Shown here piece after piece: positions 1-13,041 of a DNA stretch of 64,000 bases; position 1 is the stretch's first letter; each line of letters begins with the position of its first letter. Made by a program: the position numbers and the translations under genes. This DNA is from Lingula anatina (Eukaryota > Animalia > Brachiopoda): positions 49,640,788 through 49,704,787 of the forward strand of contig CM120640.1 of NCBI GenBank assembly GCA_051362555.1, given 5' to 3'. Under the pieces are notes generated by a model. It saw only the letters and a list, made by a program, of their open reading frames with translations. It was not told the origin of the DNA and did not search any database.

Positions 1-3000
1 TAGCATACTTCCTCCTAGGGGTGGCATGCCTTGTAGGGAGCTCATCCCACTGCCTCCATTGGTCTGCTGGACCCCAGACTTGTTCATCTTACTGCTGCTG
101 TTTTGTTGTTGTGAAATACTGCTGCTGGAGGCACTGTTATCTTTACTTGATTTTTCTTTGCTGGCATTACTGAAGTCACAATTAATATGTTAAATGACTT
201 GTTTAGAAAACAACAGGGAATACATAACATACATGTTCATCCAAATTACAATATGATCAAATAATTCACATAACTATACACATACACAAATGGTGTGATA
301 TTTTAATTTCAAGTCATATTGCCTCCACTGATAATGTATTATGATAATTACTACACATATATTTGACTTTCAGTAAATGTTAGTTATAAATATTTGAGTG
401 AGTACTTAAGCACATCAAAATTAGTTTAAATGAACACCTGCAACAGATCACTTAGTTCAACACAAAAGCAATGTGCAGACATAGTACATGGGTGTATATA
501 CTGTAAATATATATACTTGCACACTGTTACTAGTAACAAAATCACTGATAATAGAATCATATTAGGAACATCTAAGGAACAGTAAAACCAGTCAGTAAGG
601 TGTTTGATTTAAATTAATCTATATGAAATAGCTATGATGTTGCTAATTTCACAGCAGTACATGGATTGCACTCAAACTGCTGAGGTCTATTGAACTATTA
701 ACTTGCATGGTGATGTCCTGAGGATATAGTGAACTATGCCGGTAGATTTAAAATTGACTGCATTTATATACCTTTTTTGTCCATCAAGTAACTCCATGTT
801 TGAAACACTTACCTTTTCTGATAAATAAATTTAGGGAAATAGGGGATTGGACTATAGTGACAATTAATCCACTGTTATAAAATCCAAAAGGTTTGTGGAA
901 AAAATGTTTTATCTTAATACCAATAGTAACACTTTTTAAGCATTTATGCTCTCATCCTAAAACCAACAATTGAAAGAAAAGTAAATGGCACATATTAGAA
1001 TTCTTGAATGTTTAATAAAACAAATATGTTTTTATAAAGGCAGAAATTGATGAAGCACAAGAAATTGTAGATAAGATGAATCAAGAAAACCAGTAATAAC
1101 TTGACAATGTTGCATGACAAAACTTGCCAGGGACAAGGCACTGATAAAATGGGAATGCAAAACAAGGGAAGGGTTATCTATAGGATTTTTTAAGCAGACT
1201 CTACTTGCTTTGATATTTCACTCACTGACTAACATCTGGGTATGGGAAATACCCAGTCTAAATCATCTGTCACACGTTTGTTTTCTAATCACCAAGGATG
1301 AACTGTATTTCAAAAATGGCACACCACCACAAGTCCATGAGTGCAGTCCTATGAACACCAAATGGCTGTTAGTTGCCAGAAAGGGGGAAGCTTGGTGTTA
1401 GTCTGTGCTGGGACCAAAGGCTGCATAGTTAGAAATGAATTTAAAAACTGGGGAGACATCTACTGAATATCATATTTTGTCATTCTCAGATATCAAACCA
1501 GACAAAATCCACATGATAAAATTGATATCTAATCTGTTCTAAGGCAAAGGAAGCAATTATTTGACAAAAAAAGTTTTGATCCCATTTTCACTATCTTTCC
1601 TAAATGATACAGTCAGCTCCTCTTTTTATTCATTCAAATATACAATATTCAAACACAATTTTAGATAATTTTCTGCCATTTCTCACCATAACAAAACTTC
1701 ATGTATGATCTAAAATCTAGAAGTCCTAAAAAAACTAGTGCTGATTTAATAATAAGCAATCACAAAATCTTCTTCATTTTGATAAAAAAGTTGCCTCCTT
1801 TGTCTTTCAGATTACAAACTGTTTTCATTTTCAAGCATATCTTCTCATTTAACATGTTAATGGTTCTCTGTATCTTTAAAATACCCAGCAGATGGCACCT
1901 CATGTAAGGAAAAAATTGTACTTCTAGCTGCCTAGCAACAAGCATGCATGGGCAGTCTAACCCACACGGGTGGACTAACCTCCTGTCAGGGGATAATATG
2001 GGGATCTGGGAGGGTTTCCCGGAGCCCAGGGGTGAGACCTTTTTTGTTTTTCTGTAGGGAAGAGTGATTATATATTATATATCAGACCATGGATAAACAC
2101 TGCTGTCAACTCTTCAAAAAATAATAAAGAAAAAAATAAGCATAATACTTAAGGTCACATAAATATCACTGCTTTTTAATATGCATTTTCAGGTAATTTT
2201 ATATTTGAAATTCTATATCATGTGTGTTAGCCCCACAGTCTCACCTTCCATAAGATTTGTCAGACTTTGGCAATGGATCATCAAAAAAGGCATCATCATC
2301 ATGATCGCTGCCCAATGAACTGGTGCTGAGTTTATGTTCCTTTTTCTGTTCCTGTTGCTGCTGTGACCCAGTTTTGTTTGAAGGCTGATTGCTCCCATTA
2401 ACTAAATTATTACCCTGGTATAGAGGAAACAAAATAGAAGATAACTTTGCATTAATTTAATCAGTTCCTAACATATCTGCACAAATTAATCTATATTATA
2501 GCATAAAGATCATCCATACTTAGTTTGAAAACATGTGTACTTGTAGGATTTTAATCACTCCGTAGGATGGATTTATTAGATTAAGCCCTCAAAAAACTCC
2601 TATTGTCTGTATGTGTATCTGAGACTTATTACTCAAGCAAACATTTACGGCATATTGTATATTTTTAGTCCAAATCAATGGCAAACTTGTAGACAAAAAA
2701 TAAATCAACTTTATTACCAGATCCCAGTTAGGAAATTTAACATAGTACTATACAACAGTACCTTTTTAGCAGGCTGTGGTATTTTACTACCCACTGTGGT
2801 ATCTACAGTCCGCCTCGGTGAAGTTGGCACAAAGTCAGAAATATCATGGGAGACCACACTCTTGCATAATACAAACAGACGCTTGTACATGCTTAAGAAC
2901 TCATCAAAGTCTATAGCTAAAAATAATGAAAACGAATATTAACTTTATTCCAGGAGTGATTAATTGCACATTAAAAATTAAAAAAGATGATATGAATGGT

Positions 3001-6000
3001 AAAAATAACTTTTCTTTACTATATCATATACCTCATTGAAAAGTGCATGAACTGGTCCTAAAACATTCAGAACTGAACAAAATAGTATTCTGGGTAGGGA
3101 TATAAATCCTTGGCTTACCATTGCTGAAGTCTCTGTCTACTGCTTGGAATTCATCATTCACATATCTCTCCAGCATATTCCTGTAATAAATAAATAAATA
3201 AATAAATTTAATCTTACCATTATGGTAATGTTCATCCTAATGACATAATGTTTTCACAAAGTTTCGCAAGTCCCAAATGACAAATCCTAATGCATAATGC
3301 TATTTACAAAAATACCTTTGCATAAATAATATAACATACCTGTGAAAGTGTGGGAACACATCAGCAAATAGATTTCTTAATTCATCTTTGTCTATTGTGC
3401 CACTTCCATCCTTAAATTGTTAATTAAAAAAAGAACATTTCAATAATTCTACCAAATAACATTTTATCATTTATCTCTCTAGCACAAAAAAGAAAGACAA
3501 AACAAAGAGTACAATAAAAACTTCTTGTAATATGTATTCATCATATGTCTCCTCTCTACCTGAGGCCCTTCTAGCTGTTCTAGCAGTTGTCCTTCAACTG
3601 ATTTTGTAACTGCTAGAACAGCTTGGGTAAAAAGCTGCTTACGTACTAACTAAGATATATAGCTTGTGTCAATTTCTCTACTAAAAAAAAAAAAATTGGT
3701 TAAGATAAATATACTTACAAGGTCATACTTGTCAAATTTTTTGCGAGCTTCCTCTATTTGCTTTTTGGACAAATCCTAAAAAGTGAATAGTTTTTTCATC
3801 AATGTGTCCTCACAACATGCTGTTAACAAACCATTACGTGCTATGAATGTTTGCATCAATGATAGCTAGTATATATGCAGATAACGAATAAGTTAAGTAA
3901 AATTATTTTTAAATTTGTACAGATTTATAGCTGATGCTTCATTTTCGGTCACTATTACACACCATCGTATATGCCCAATAAGTTCCTCTGAATATAAATT
4001 ATGTGCATGTAACAAATACTGAAAATCCAAATTTTCACATCCCACCATACATCAACTCAAATTACCCCCTTCCCCCTGTGCAAATCAAACAATATTAGAT
4101 ATCCATCAATTTCAAATCATGTTGTGAAATACAAAATTAGTTGTGCAATATGTAACACAAAATCCGTGAAAAAGTGAAATTCTACCAAAGATTGAAATAT
4201 TCTGTTGCTGCATTTAAAGTAAAATATCAAACATTTCAGATTTTCATCCATTCTATCAAATGATATTTTTATACTCTCTCGACAAAATTTGACATGCACC
4301 ATTTTATTCACAAGATAAATGTAAACAAACAACATAAAATTATTCTTTCTTTAAAATTTGTAAAAATAGTAATATTTATAATAATAATCTCATATCTTAA
4401 ATCATCTGAACTGAAGAAACATGAAGGATGAGTTTAATGTTCAATCATATACCATCCTATCATGGGTAATACAGATATGCTCAATTGACAAACCTGCTCT
4501 TTAACTACCATGCACTAATGATAATCTTATATAAGCTATTTTTCATACTGATGAAATACTGAAACCAGAAGAACATGCATGTGGGTGATAGTACTACCTT
4601 TGGGACCTTTATGTAGTCTTGAGAGTCATCCTGTGTTGGGAAGAAAAGAGATAAAAATAGAAAGTATATGTAGTTAATCATTAAAAAGCAGAACCTAAAT
4701 CATAAGAAAGGAAAACATTTGAAAATATTTTTTCCGCCTTTCAATTGACTGGTTGAAGGTAGTGTTCAAAACAAATAAGAAAATGAAATAAAAGGCTATG
4801 CCAAGAAAAACAAAACTATATTGCACTCAATAAATTACAAAAGATTTCATTGGATAAAGATTTTCAGTGAAAGTTAAAGAAAACAAATAAAGATGAGAAA
4901 GCAAGATATAGGAACATAACGTGACTGTATCTACAGCTGCCATTTGTAATCACTTATATCATTACAAGTTGTCACATGTAACCCCTCTCTACCTCTCTAC
5001 CTATCACTCTATAAAAAATTTCATTTCTGTGTATTTCTTGAATAAAATACAAAGCACAATACACTCACAAAGCTTTACATTTGAAAGACTTTTGACTTCT
5101 CATAGATCTATATGCAAAATACACTTTCTCATAAAAAAACAAAAACAAATGTAAGCACATAAGCAACTACATAATGAAATAATCTACACTATATTTGGAA
5201 GCATGCAAAACATTGACTCAAGCTCTGGTATATCGAAGCACAGGAATAAATTCTACAGCTATGGCTTTTAGTTCTGTAGACATAACATCAATATGCAGAA
5301 TTCACTGAAATAAGCAGGTTTACTGCCTAATAATATATAGAGAATCTTCACCCTCCCCAACTCGAAAATGAATGACAGTTCGCTGCCTTTACAACAATTC
5401 AAACCACAAAGTCTTTTAACATACTTTTAAGATGAACATTTATTAGTATATTTGGTATTCAAAACCACTTCAAAATGAGTTAAAAGAACAAGCTTTAGGC
5501 AATTATCTGAGTAGTGCCACTACAGTCACAACACTGTTACCACATCTGGATAGCCATTTTTATGTGTCTCAGATTTTCATCCATACTAAATGACTTTTAA
5601 TCAAACAAACCTGAAAGTTCTGCAATTGACGAAATAATATTTCAGTGCTCATATAAAAAATTGATTAAGTAAGATATCGTTGAGTTTTCAGGCATATATG
5701 ACACTTTTACTGAATAATGTATTTCAGTACAATAAAACATGAAATCCTATTTCTAACTCTGTCTGACCTGACTGATAAAATGAAACAAATAAAATATTTT
5801 TCTTTTTAAAGTCTCACCTCATGACTTGACTTTGGTCTTCCTTGTTTTTCTTCTCCTTGTCTCTTAAGTACTTCTGACAACAAAGGTGTTCGTAGGGAGC
5901 TGTCTGATTCCAGTATATTCAACTCTTTGGCTATATTATCACGCCCCTCATATTTTTCTGCCTAGAAAATAAAATCCACAAATATTAATTGGAAAGGGGA

Positions 6001-7329
6001 AATCCATATGGTATTCAAAATAAATTCAGAAACTTTAAAAATCAGTTTTATGATAAGTTGGATTTATTTGACTCTGGATGTCATGATCAATAATACATGT
6101 TATTTTATATTCTAATTAGACTTACAAATCCAGTCTCTGGGTCAAACACTGCAATTGAAAAATCAAGACCAAAAAACTCCAAGAACTCTCTAACAAGACT
6201 GGTTGCCAAACGACCTGGAAGGACAATTCAGAAATTAATTGTCTAAAAAATCATAAAATGTGCTTTTTTGGTCTCATAAAAAGTTTTTGCTTAGCAACTT
6301 AACGAAATCAAACACATCTCAAAATAAATAATTAGAAATCAAACATTTAGGTTATTTGTTAATTTGTGTTATTACATTACATTACATTACATTACATTAC
6401 ATGTTATTTGAAACTTTGTTTCATCTGGAAGAATCATTTTCACAGTTAAAACACACATTTCATAACCAACAGAAATATGCATCATTATACCTTCTTTGCT
6501 GTTCAGGAACTTCTTTAAATCCTGATTAATAAAGGGAGTTTTGTTCTGAAACATCAATTGTAAAATCTCTTTATCTTTTAATAAGAAACTTTGCAGAGTC
6601 CATTCTTGATTCTTTGCATATATGGTGGCTGCATGCCATTTTCACAATTTGATGGTTTATACAGCTGAATCTAACAGCACAATGTCCATGCACATTCTTA
6701 ACAACATGCCTTGTCTAAACAGAGATGAACACAAATGCCTTGGCTTCACTTTTTGCTGTTGATAAGCAACAATTTTAAAATCCTTAAAATATTACAAAAA
6801 TTTATAAAAAATATTAAATAAGTATCTATCTACATAAAACATAATAAAAACAATATAATTTGCTTGACCTACCTGAACAGTGTCTTGTTCTTCAAGAGCA
6901 ACAAAGACACTGGCCCTTAGTTGTGCCTATAGAAAGGAGACATACAGTAGCAGTACATTCGAATTTCATCGGGTGTTATTACAGACAGAAGATAAAAGCT
7001 ACTTATTAAAATTTTAAGAACTGCTGACATTTCCCATGCATATCTACATTCGTTCAGGGAATACCAAGCTTTTGAAGGAGCAGGCAAGCAATGTCTGTGT
7101 GTAAGAGTGAAGGAAAGACTGTTTCTTCGACTTCGTGTCATTGAATGAAAGTTGTTCAACAAATCTTTCCCTTTTCACCCCAACTTGGGGAAATTAAAAA
7201 TTCTTTTATCTATCCTGTGTAAGATTAATAGGGGTCGCTAATTCTTACCCTTATTTTTCCCAATGTTCCATTGGCTTCAAGAGTCTGGGCCACTAAATCA
7301 CGGAGTTCAGTGTCTTCGTCTGCAGACAT
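1..7329 (-). CDS. CEP43: Centrosomal protein 43 / FGFR1 oncogene partner (FOP, TONNEAU1-like), LisH domain plus EF-hand pair; 3' end lies outside the window
   Basis: Spliced exons (minus strand, GT-AG, phases consistent): 7249-7329, 6873-6926, 6491-6545, 6126-6214, 5818-5961, 4598-4630, 3719-3775, 3340-3410, 3119-3180, 2762-2916, 2245-2414, 1980-2051 (less certain), 1-169. Translation starts MSADEDTELRDLVAQTLEANGTLGKIRAQLRASVFVALEEQD...GRLATSLVREFLEFFGLDFSIAVFDPETG, matching the FOP N-terminal TOF/LisH signature (EDTELRDL..QTLE..G.L..I.A.LRA.VF.ALEEQ). SSLQGMPPL near position 30 resembles the FOP/TON1 C-terminal 'SSL.G.P.L' motif. Confidence 0.9.
6371..6401. repeat. (ATTAC)n microsatellite
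   Basis: Six ATTAC units in a CEP43 intron. Confidence 0.9.
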
Positions 7330-7630
7330 TTTGAAAACCGGAAGTAACAGATGTAAACAATAGACATGCGCACTAAGGCGTTAATTGGTTTCAAATTAAT
7401 ATTAACAAATATTTTCTGTTTACATGTTTACGTCACTTTCAATATAATTTATGATTTGCAGAAAATATGCCTGGCTCAGTTTTGCTGAAATTTCAAATAG
7501 TGTTGTTTTGTCTACGCAAAATCTGACCAATAGGTAAACGGGGCATTTCAGTACTGGCCAATCAGATTATCAGATTTTGGCCCTTTAAATTTGTACGCAC
7601 TTTTTGAAAGTTGTACACACGCCGAAGGTA
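7330..7630. promoter_or_regulatory. Bidirectional promoter shared by CEP43 and importin-alpha
   Basis: ETS-like CCGGAAGT at ~7338, reverse CCAAT (ATTGG) at ~7384, CCAAT at 7527 and 7558 (31 bp apart), CHR-like TTTAAA at 7584 and TTTGAA at 7603, then a + strand donor AAG|GTAAGG at ~7628 that would end a non-coding first exon. Confidence 0.6.
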
Positions 7631-7946
7631 AGGCAAGGTATTTGTGCTTATCTGTGAAATTTAAAAAATGTCATTTAAGAGAAATGATTTGACAACACAA
7701 AAGCTCTGTTTAATTAAACATGTGTAGCAATAGTTATTAGATGTCACATTTCTAATAGGATATGAGGTAGTTTAAAACGGTGATGTTTCTTTCATTTTTT
7801 TCCAGTTTACTGACTGCAGTGAAGAAGCTCATACGTGAACAGCAAAGAAACTGTCAGATATATCAGTTTATCTTTTCTTTCACGTATTGTATCTCTTGTG
7901 ATCAAATACCCAAAAGACTTTTATAGATTCTCCATTAGTGCCAAAT

Positions 7947-10900
7947 ATGCCGTCTCAAGAGAACACTGCCCGCCTCAAAGCCTACAAGAACAAGGGAAGA
8001 GATGTGGATGTAAGTTCACCTAAGTTTTAAAACACAGCATATGTCGTCACTGAAGTTTATGCCACATTGGTTCTTGTAAAGTAAAGGATATACATTTGTA
8101 TTAGCTTGGCTCAAATACACCTTTTCAGTTTTGATACCACTTTCTATGTACAGGCACTGCATGGATATGCTACCATTTATAAATGGCTAAGGTTAATTGA
8201 GTTTATATTAGTCATTAAGCCAGCATCTTGAAAGCAAAATTAGAAGCCAGTAATTTATCTTGAGAGTTTTGTTTTCTTTGATTAACCTTTGTGAACCTTT
8301 AACCTCACAATTCTTTTATTTCATGTTTTCCAGGATTTGAGAAGAAGAAGAAATGAAGTGTCTGTTGAATTGAGGAAAAATAAGAAAGATGATCAGCTGC
8401 TAAAAAGACGAAATGTTGCCATTACTGATGAACCAACTAGTCCTCTACAAGAACAAAAACAAGTGAGGCACTTCTCCACTTTTGTATGAAAGAGGGATTT
8501 GAATGTTAAATTAGGGTGGAGAAGAAAGATATCTACATTTTTACTCATTTTGCCGAGTTGTAATTATCATTATTAATATTATTATTATTATTTTTTTTTC
8601 AAATTTAACATTTGATTTTTGGTAATTCCAGAATGTTGGTCTGAGCCTGCAGGAGATAGTGGACAGCATTCATGGCACTGATCCACAGAAGCAGATGATT
8701 GCAACACAAGCTGCCCGTAAAATGTTATCTCGGGAAAGAAATCCACCCATTGATAGCATCATACAATCAGGGGTCATCCCTAGACTAGTTGAATTTCTTC
8801 GTTACAATGACAGGTACTGTCAGGTTTTGGAAAAGCATTTAATTACTATATGAAATAATTAAACACTGAAATGTTTAGACTCCAGGTGCGTGTTTTTTTA
8901 TATTTTATGATGTAAATGCCTTGAATTATGATAGTTTAAGGTACACTCCATTGGTTTGAAAATCTCCAACATGCTTATTTTTGCCATTCGCAGCAGCTTA
9001 TAAAACCTCACAACTTAAAAATGATTTTTGCTGAAGGGTACCTGATGTTGATAATCTGTTAGTGTTTATAGGAAAATGGTCGCAGTTAAAACTTTTATCA
9101 AAAGTAAAGAATTACGAAAATGTTCCATAAAGACTGCAGCTAAAATGGCCTCTCAAAGGATTATGGAACAGCTTTCATTAAAGATTTCTTTTTGCTGGTT
9201 TATTTCAGGCCTGAACTTCAGTTTGAGGCAGCTTGGGCCCTGACCAATGTGGCGTCTGGAACATCCACTCAGACCAAAGCTGTGGTTAATGCCAATGCAG
9301 TGGTACCATTCATAGCACTGCTTACCTCCCCTCATCACAATGTCAGTGAACAAGCTGTTTGGGCAGTTGGAAACATTGCTGGTATGAATTATTGTGACAT
9401 GTGACCTAATATTTTACAAGAAATTCCAAGCAAAATTGTAGCAAGTATGTGTCACTGATGTGTGCGTGCGTGTGTGTGTGTGTGTACCTCTTTAGCAGGT
9501 ATATCAGAAACGTGCAGTTGCTGAGGATTTTGTCCATACTTTTTATCTTCACTGTAGACAGTTTTGCCTCATCATTGATATATGCCTTGAATAGAAATAA
9601 AAAAAATTAGTTACAAGTGTGCCAGGTTGAATGCCCCCCCCTCCCCATTAGCTCTTATTTTTCCATTTGTTAATTGACATGGATTAATGGTGCTGTAAAA
9701 TTGTTGACTTGTGTGAACCAATTTGCACCTTTCTACTACATGTAGGGACTGAAACATTCAACCTCACCATTGCAGTGACCAATTTTCTTGGGAAAACTAA
9801 TTTTAGTACTTGTACTCATTTCTAGGTGATGGTCCTGAAATGCGAGACTATGTGATAAAATGTGGTGCTGTTGAGCCTCTGCTGAGTTTGGTGAAACCAC
9901 AGATTGAGGTAAGAGGAGCAAAAAGGCTATATTTATTATGGATGCCATTATTTCTTTAGAAAGGTTTTATTAGTTCTTGCAACTTGTACATATCTGATTG
10001 GGAAGTTTAAAAGTAAAGGGCTGGTATTGATATCGAAGTAAAGTTTATTGGTAAGTAAATGAAAATGAATTATTTTTATATATACCTTGTCATTTTTAGA
10101 CCTCCTTCCTAAGGAATGTAACTTGGACAATCTCGAACATGTGCCGCAATAAGAACCCTCCTCCCCCCTTTGCTACAGTGAAGCAATGCCTGCCCACACT
10201 GAGTCAACTACTTCTGCACACTGACAAAGAAGTTCTGTCTGATGCTTGCTGGGCACTGTCCTATCTGACAGATGGTACTAATGACAAGATACAGGAGGTT
10301 CTTAACTCAGGTAGTTAACTGATCATTGATACAAGGATGCACATCCTTGATCAGGTTACAGTGCATCTCCTTACACAAGTTTTATTTTTATTTGTCTGTT
10401 TATTATTCTTATTCTTATTAATATTATTGTTATTTGCTGTTTTTTATGAGTGTGACAAATTAAAATGAAGGAACATGTTTTCATTTTCTTTCAAAACAGG
10501 TGTTGTTCCCAGGCTTGTTGAGCTGCTAGCTTCTCCAGAACCATCTATAGTAACCCCAGCACTGCGGGCAGTGGGCAATATTGTTACAGGGGATGATGGT
10601 CAAACTCAAGTAAGTGGAAATGAATACAGAGGCCCTAATCACCTATGAACTCTAGTAGGATGGTTCTGAATTCACTTGCTGTAAAGTGCACATTTTATGC
10701 TTTTTTTTTTTTTTTTTGCTTTCAAAACTTAAGATTTTATTCACTTGCAGATTACTTACAAAAAGCATTATTTATAAAAGAAAACTTTTTGGGCATATTG
10801 ACATTTAAACATAATGGATTTATGGCTGCATGTTACTTTCTAGGCAGTTATAGATGCTGGTGCTGTCCCAGTGTTTAACTTGCTGCTCACCCACTCCAAG

Positions 10901-12008
10901 TCCAGCATACAGAAAGAAGCTGCTTGGACGGTTTCAAATATAACTGCAGGGAACACTCAACAGATTCAGGCAGTACTTGATGCTGGTGTGATACCCAATG
11001 TTGTTAACCTATTGGTCAAGGTGTGTAGAATGCATGCAATGTTTGTGGTTTCTAGCTTTTTGAGAAATGAAATAACATTTATAATAGAACATGCTTTCAT
11101 AGCATTAAATACAAAATAATTATTTACCAACCATTTAGCTTCTGTCTTTATTTTAAGGGAGACTTCAAAACTCAGAAAGAGGCTGTCTGGGCAGTGACTA
11201 ACCTGACCTCTGGTGGAACTGTTGAGCAAATTGTTCACTTGGTTCAGTGTGGTGTTTTACGACCACTTTGTAACCTGCTCACAGCAAAGGAAGCTAAAGT
11301 TATCTTGGTCATTCTGGACGCACTGCAGAATATTCTCAATGTAAGTATCCTAATCTCAAATCTCTTACAGTAAGCTAAATAAAATGTGTGTTGATTATTA
11401 TAATGGATAACTGTGAAATCTGTATATCAAAAAATGAAAAAAAAAAAAAAAGAAGAAATGAGTGTGTAGTTACATTGCCAAGACGGTAACATGGACATGC
11501 CACCCTTCCTCCTCATGATCTTTCAAAATGTTGTAAATTCAATTTGTAGGCTGCAGACAAACTTGGTCAGTCTGAAGCAGTCTGTATCATGATAGAAGAA
11601 GTAGAGGGTATGGAGAAGATAGAAAACTTGCAGCAACATGAGAATGAACAGGTCTACAAAGCAGCCTATGGTATCATTGAAAAGTACTTTGGTGGAGATG
11701 TGAGTACTTCCTTTTGCTGAAGGCATTTCCGAACACTTTCAATAATTTTCCTCTTATGTTTGATTTTTAAACTTAATCCCTTGGAAGTCGGTGCTTTTTT
11801 TGCATATTCAGTCACTGTGTATTAAAAGTAGCCTTATGGTAAGCTTTGCTTTGTAAAATTTGACTGATTTTTTCACTATATTTGCCATGTTTGTTTTCAC
11901 CAGGGTGATGATGAGGATGAAAGCCTGGCACCAACATGCAGTGAAAATAGCAACAATTTTGAGTTCCAACCTGCAACCCAAGTTCCAGCAGGGGGCTTCA
12001 GCTTTTAA
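7947..12008 (+). CDS. KPNA2: Importin subunit alpha (KPNA2 / alpha-2 subfamily), about 521 aa
   Basis: 11 coding exons: 7947-8009, 8334-8462, 8632-8813, 9209-9381, 9826-9908, 10100-10310, 10500-10609, 10844-11020, 11158-11340, 11550-11699, 11904-12008 (1566 nt, in frame). IBB domain (RLKAYKNKG...[27 protein letters not shown]...TSPLQE), ARM repeats ([42 protein letters not shown]), C-terminus GGFSF*. The SPLQE motif and C-terminus favour the KPNA2/KPNA7 clade. Confidence 0.95.
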
Positions 12009-12820
12009 ACAGCTGGGTAGGGAGAGATCAAGAGATTGAAGAAAAGCCTGTGCAACTTCTTTTGTTTCAACATTCCAACCTCTTTAATCATCAATCAGGG
12101 ACTGAAATCAAACCTATTGATCTCATAAGGGTACATGCTGTTGATGTTTGTCTTAATAAAGCACAATTGTTTATCTGGAGATGGTCAAGAGGATAAAGTT
12201 GAAATACCATTAGGGCAAGTACTGGCATTTAAAAATGTATTCTGAAGGAGAATTTATTTTGAAGTTGAATGTAAGAGAACAAAGATCAATTGTGAATGTG
12301 AAAGAGAATGTCTGTCATTATGGCAACTGTACTGTAGAAGTAATTTTGTTATTTAGAGACTAGTTTAAGTACAGTAAAATAAATGGAGAGTTGTAAAATC
12401 CAAGTCTGTTGTACATGCAGTTTTGTTCTGTTGTACGATGGCCATGCTGAATGGCATTTTGTACATAATAAATCTAGAAAAGAAATCTTGTTTGTTTGCA
12501 AGACCTTTGCATTGATATTTAAAGGTACATGCGAACCAAGCATCATTGGAGCATGGATTACCAGTAACACGTGTAAACCACTACTAGTTTCTTATAATAA
12601 ATATGTGCCTTATCACTGTGTCATGATAATCAATTAATATTATAAACATATTGCATCTGGTGATTTTTCTAATGTACAGAAATGCCATTTTGCAATAACC
12701 GTCAAATAAGATTCATTAGATACAAAAATGTGACTTGTACCTTGCAATATGAATTACAAAAGTCTTGATTAAATGAAATTTCAAAGAGAATTTTGCATTG
12801 GAGTTTTAGTAAAAAAATAC

Positions 12821-13041
12821 AGGGGTCAAAAATGTCCCGTCAGAGACGGACCTTTAAATGATTGTCATTCCCACATTTATTTCAATACCAATTAGCTGCT
12901 TGTTTCACATAATCCTTTATGGTCCAGCTAAATAAAAATGTATTTAAAAGTAACCATGTGGATCATTTACCAACTGTAATTTTTAAAATTGTCTCTAAAA
13001 TGTCCCGTCAGAGACATTTCAAATACCGTGTTTTGACCCTT
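12821..13041. repeat. Small degenerate repeat or MITE relic
   Basis: AAAATGTCCCGTCAGAGAC occurs twice (~12829 and ~12997), and the ends AGGGGTCAAAA...TTTTGACCCTT are roughly inverted. Confidence 0.35.
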
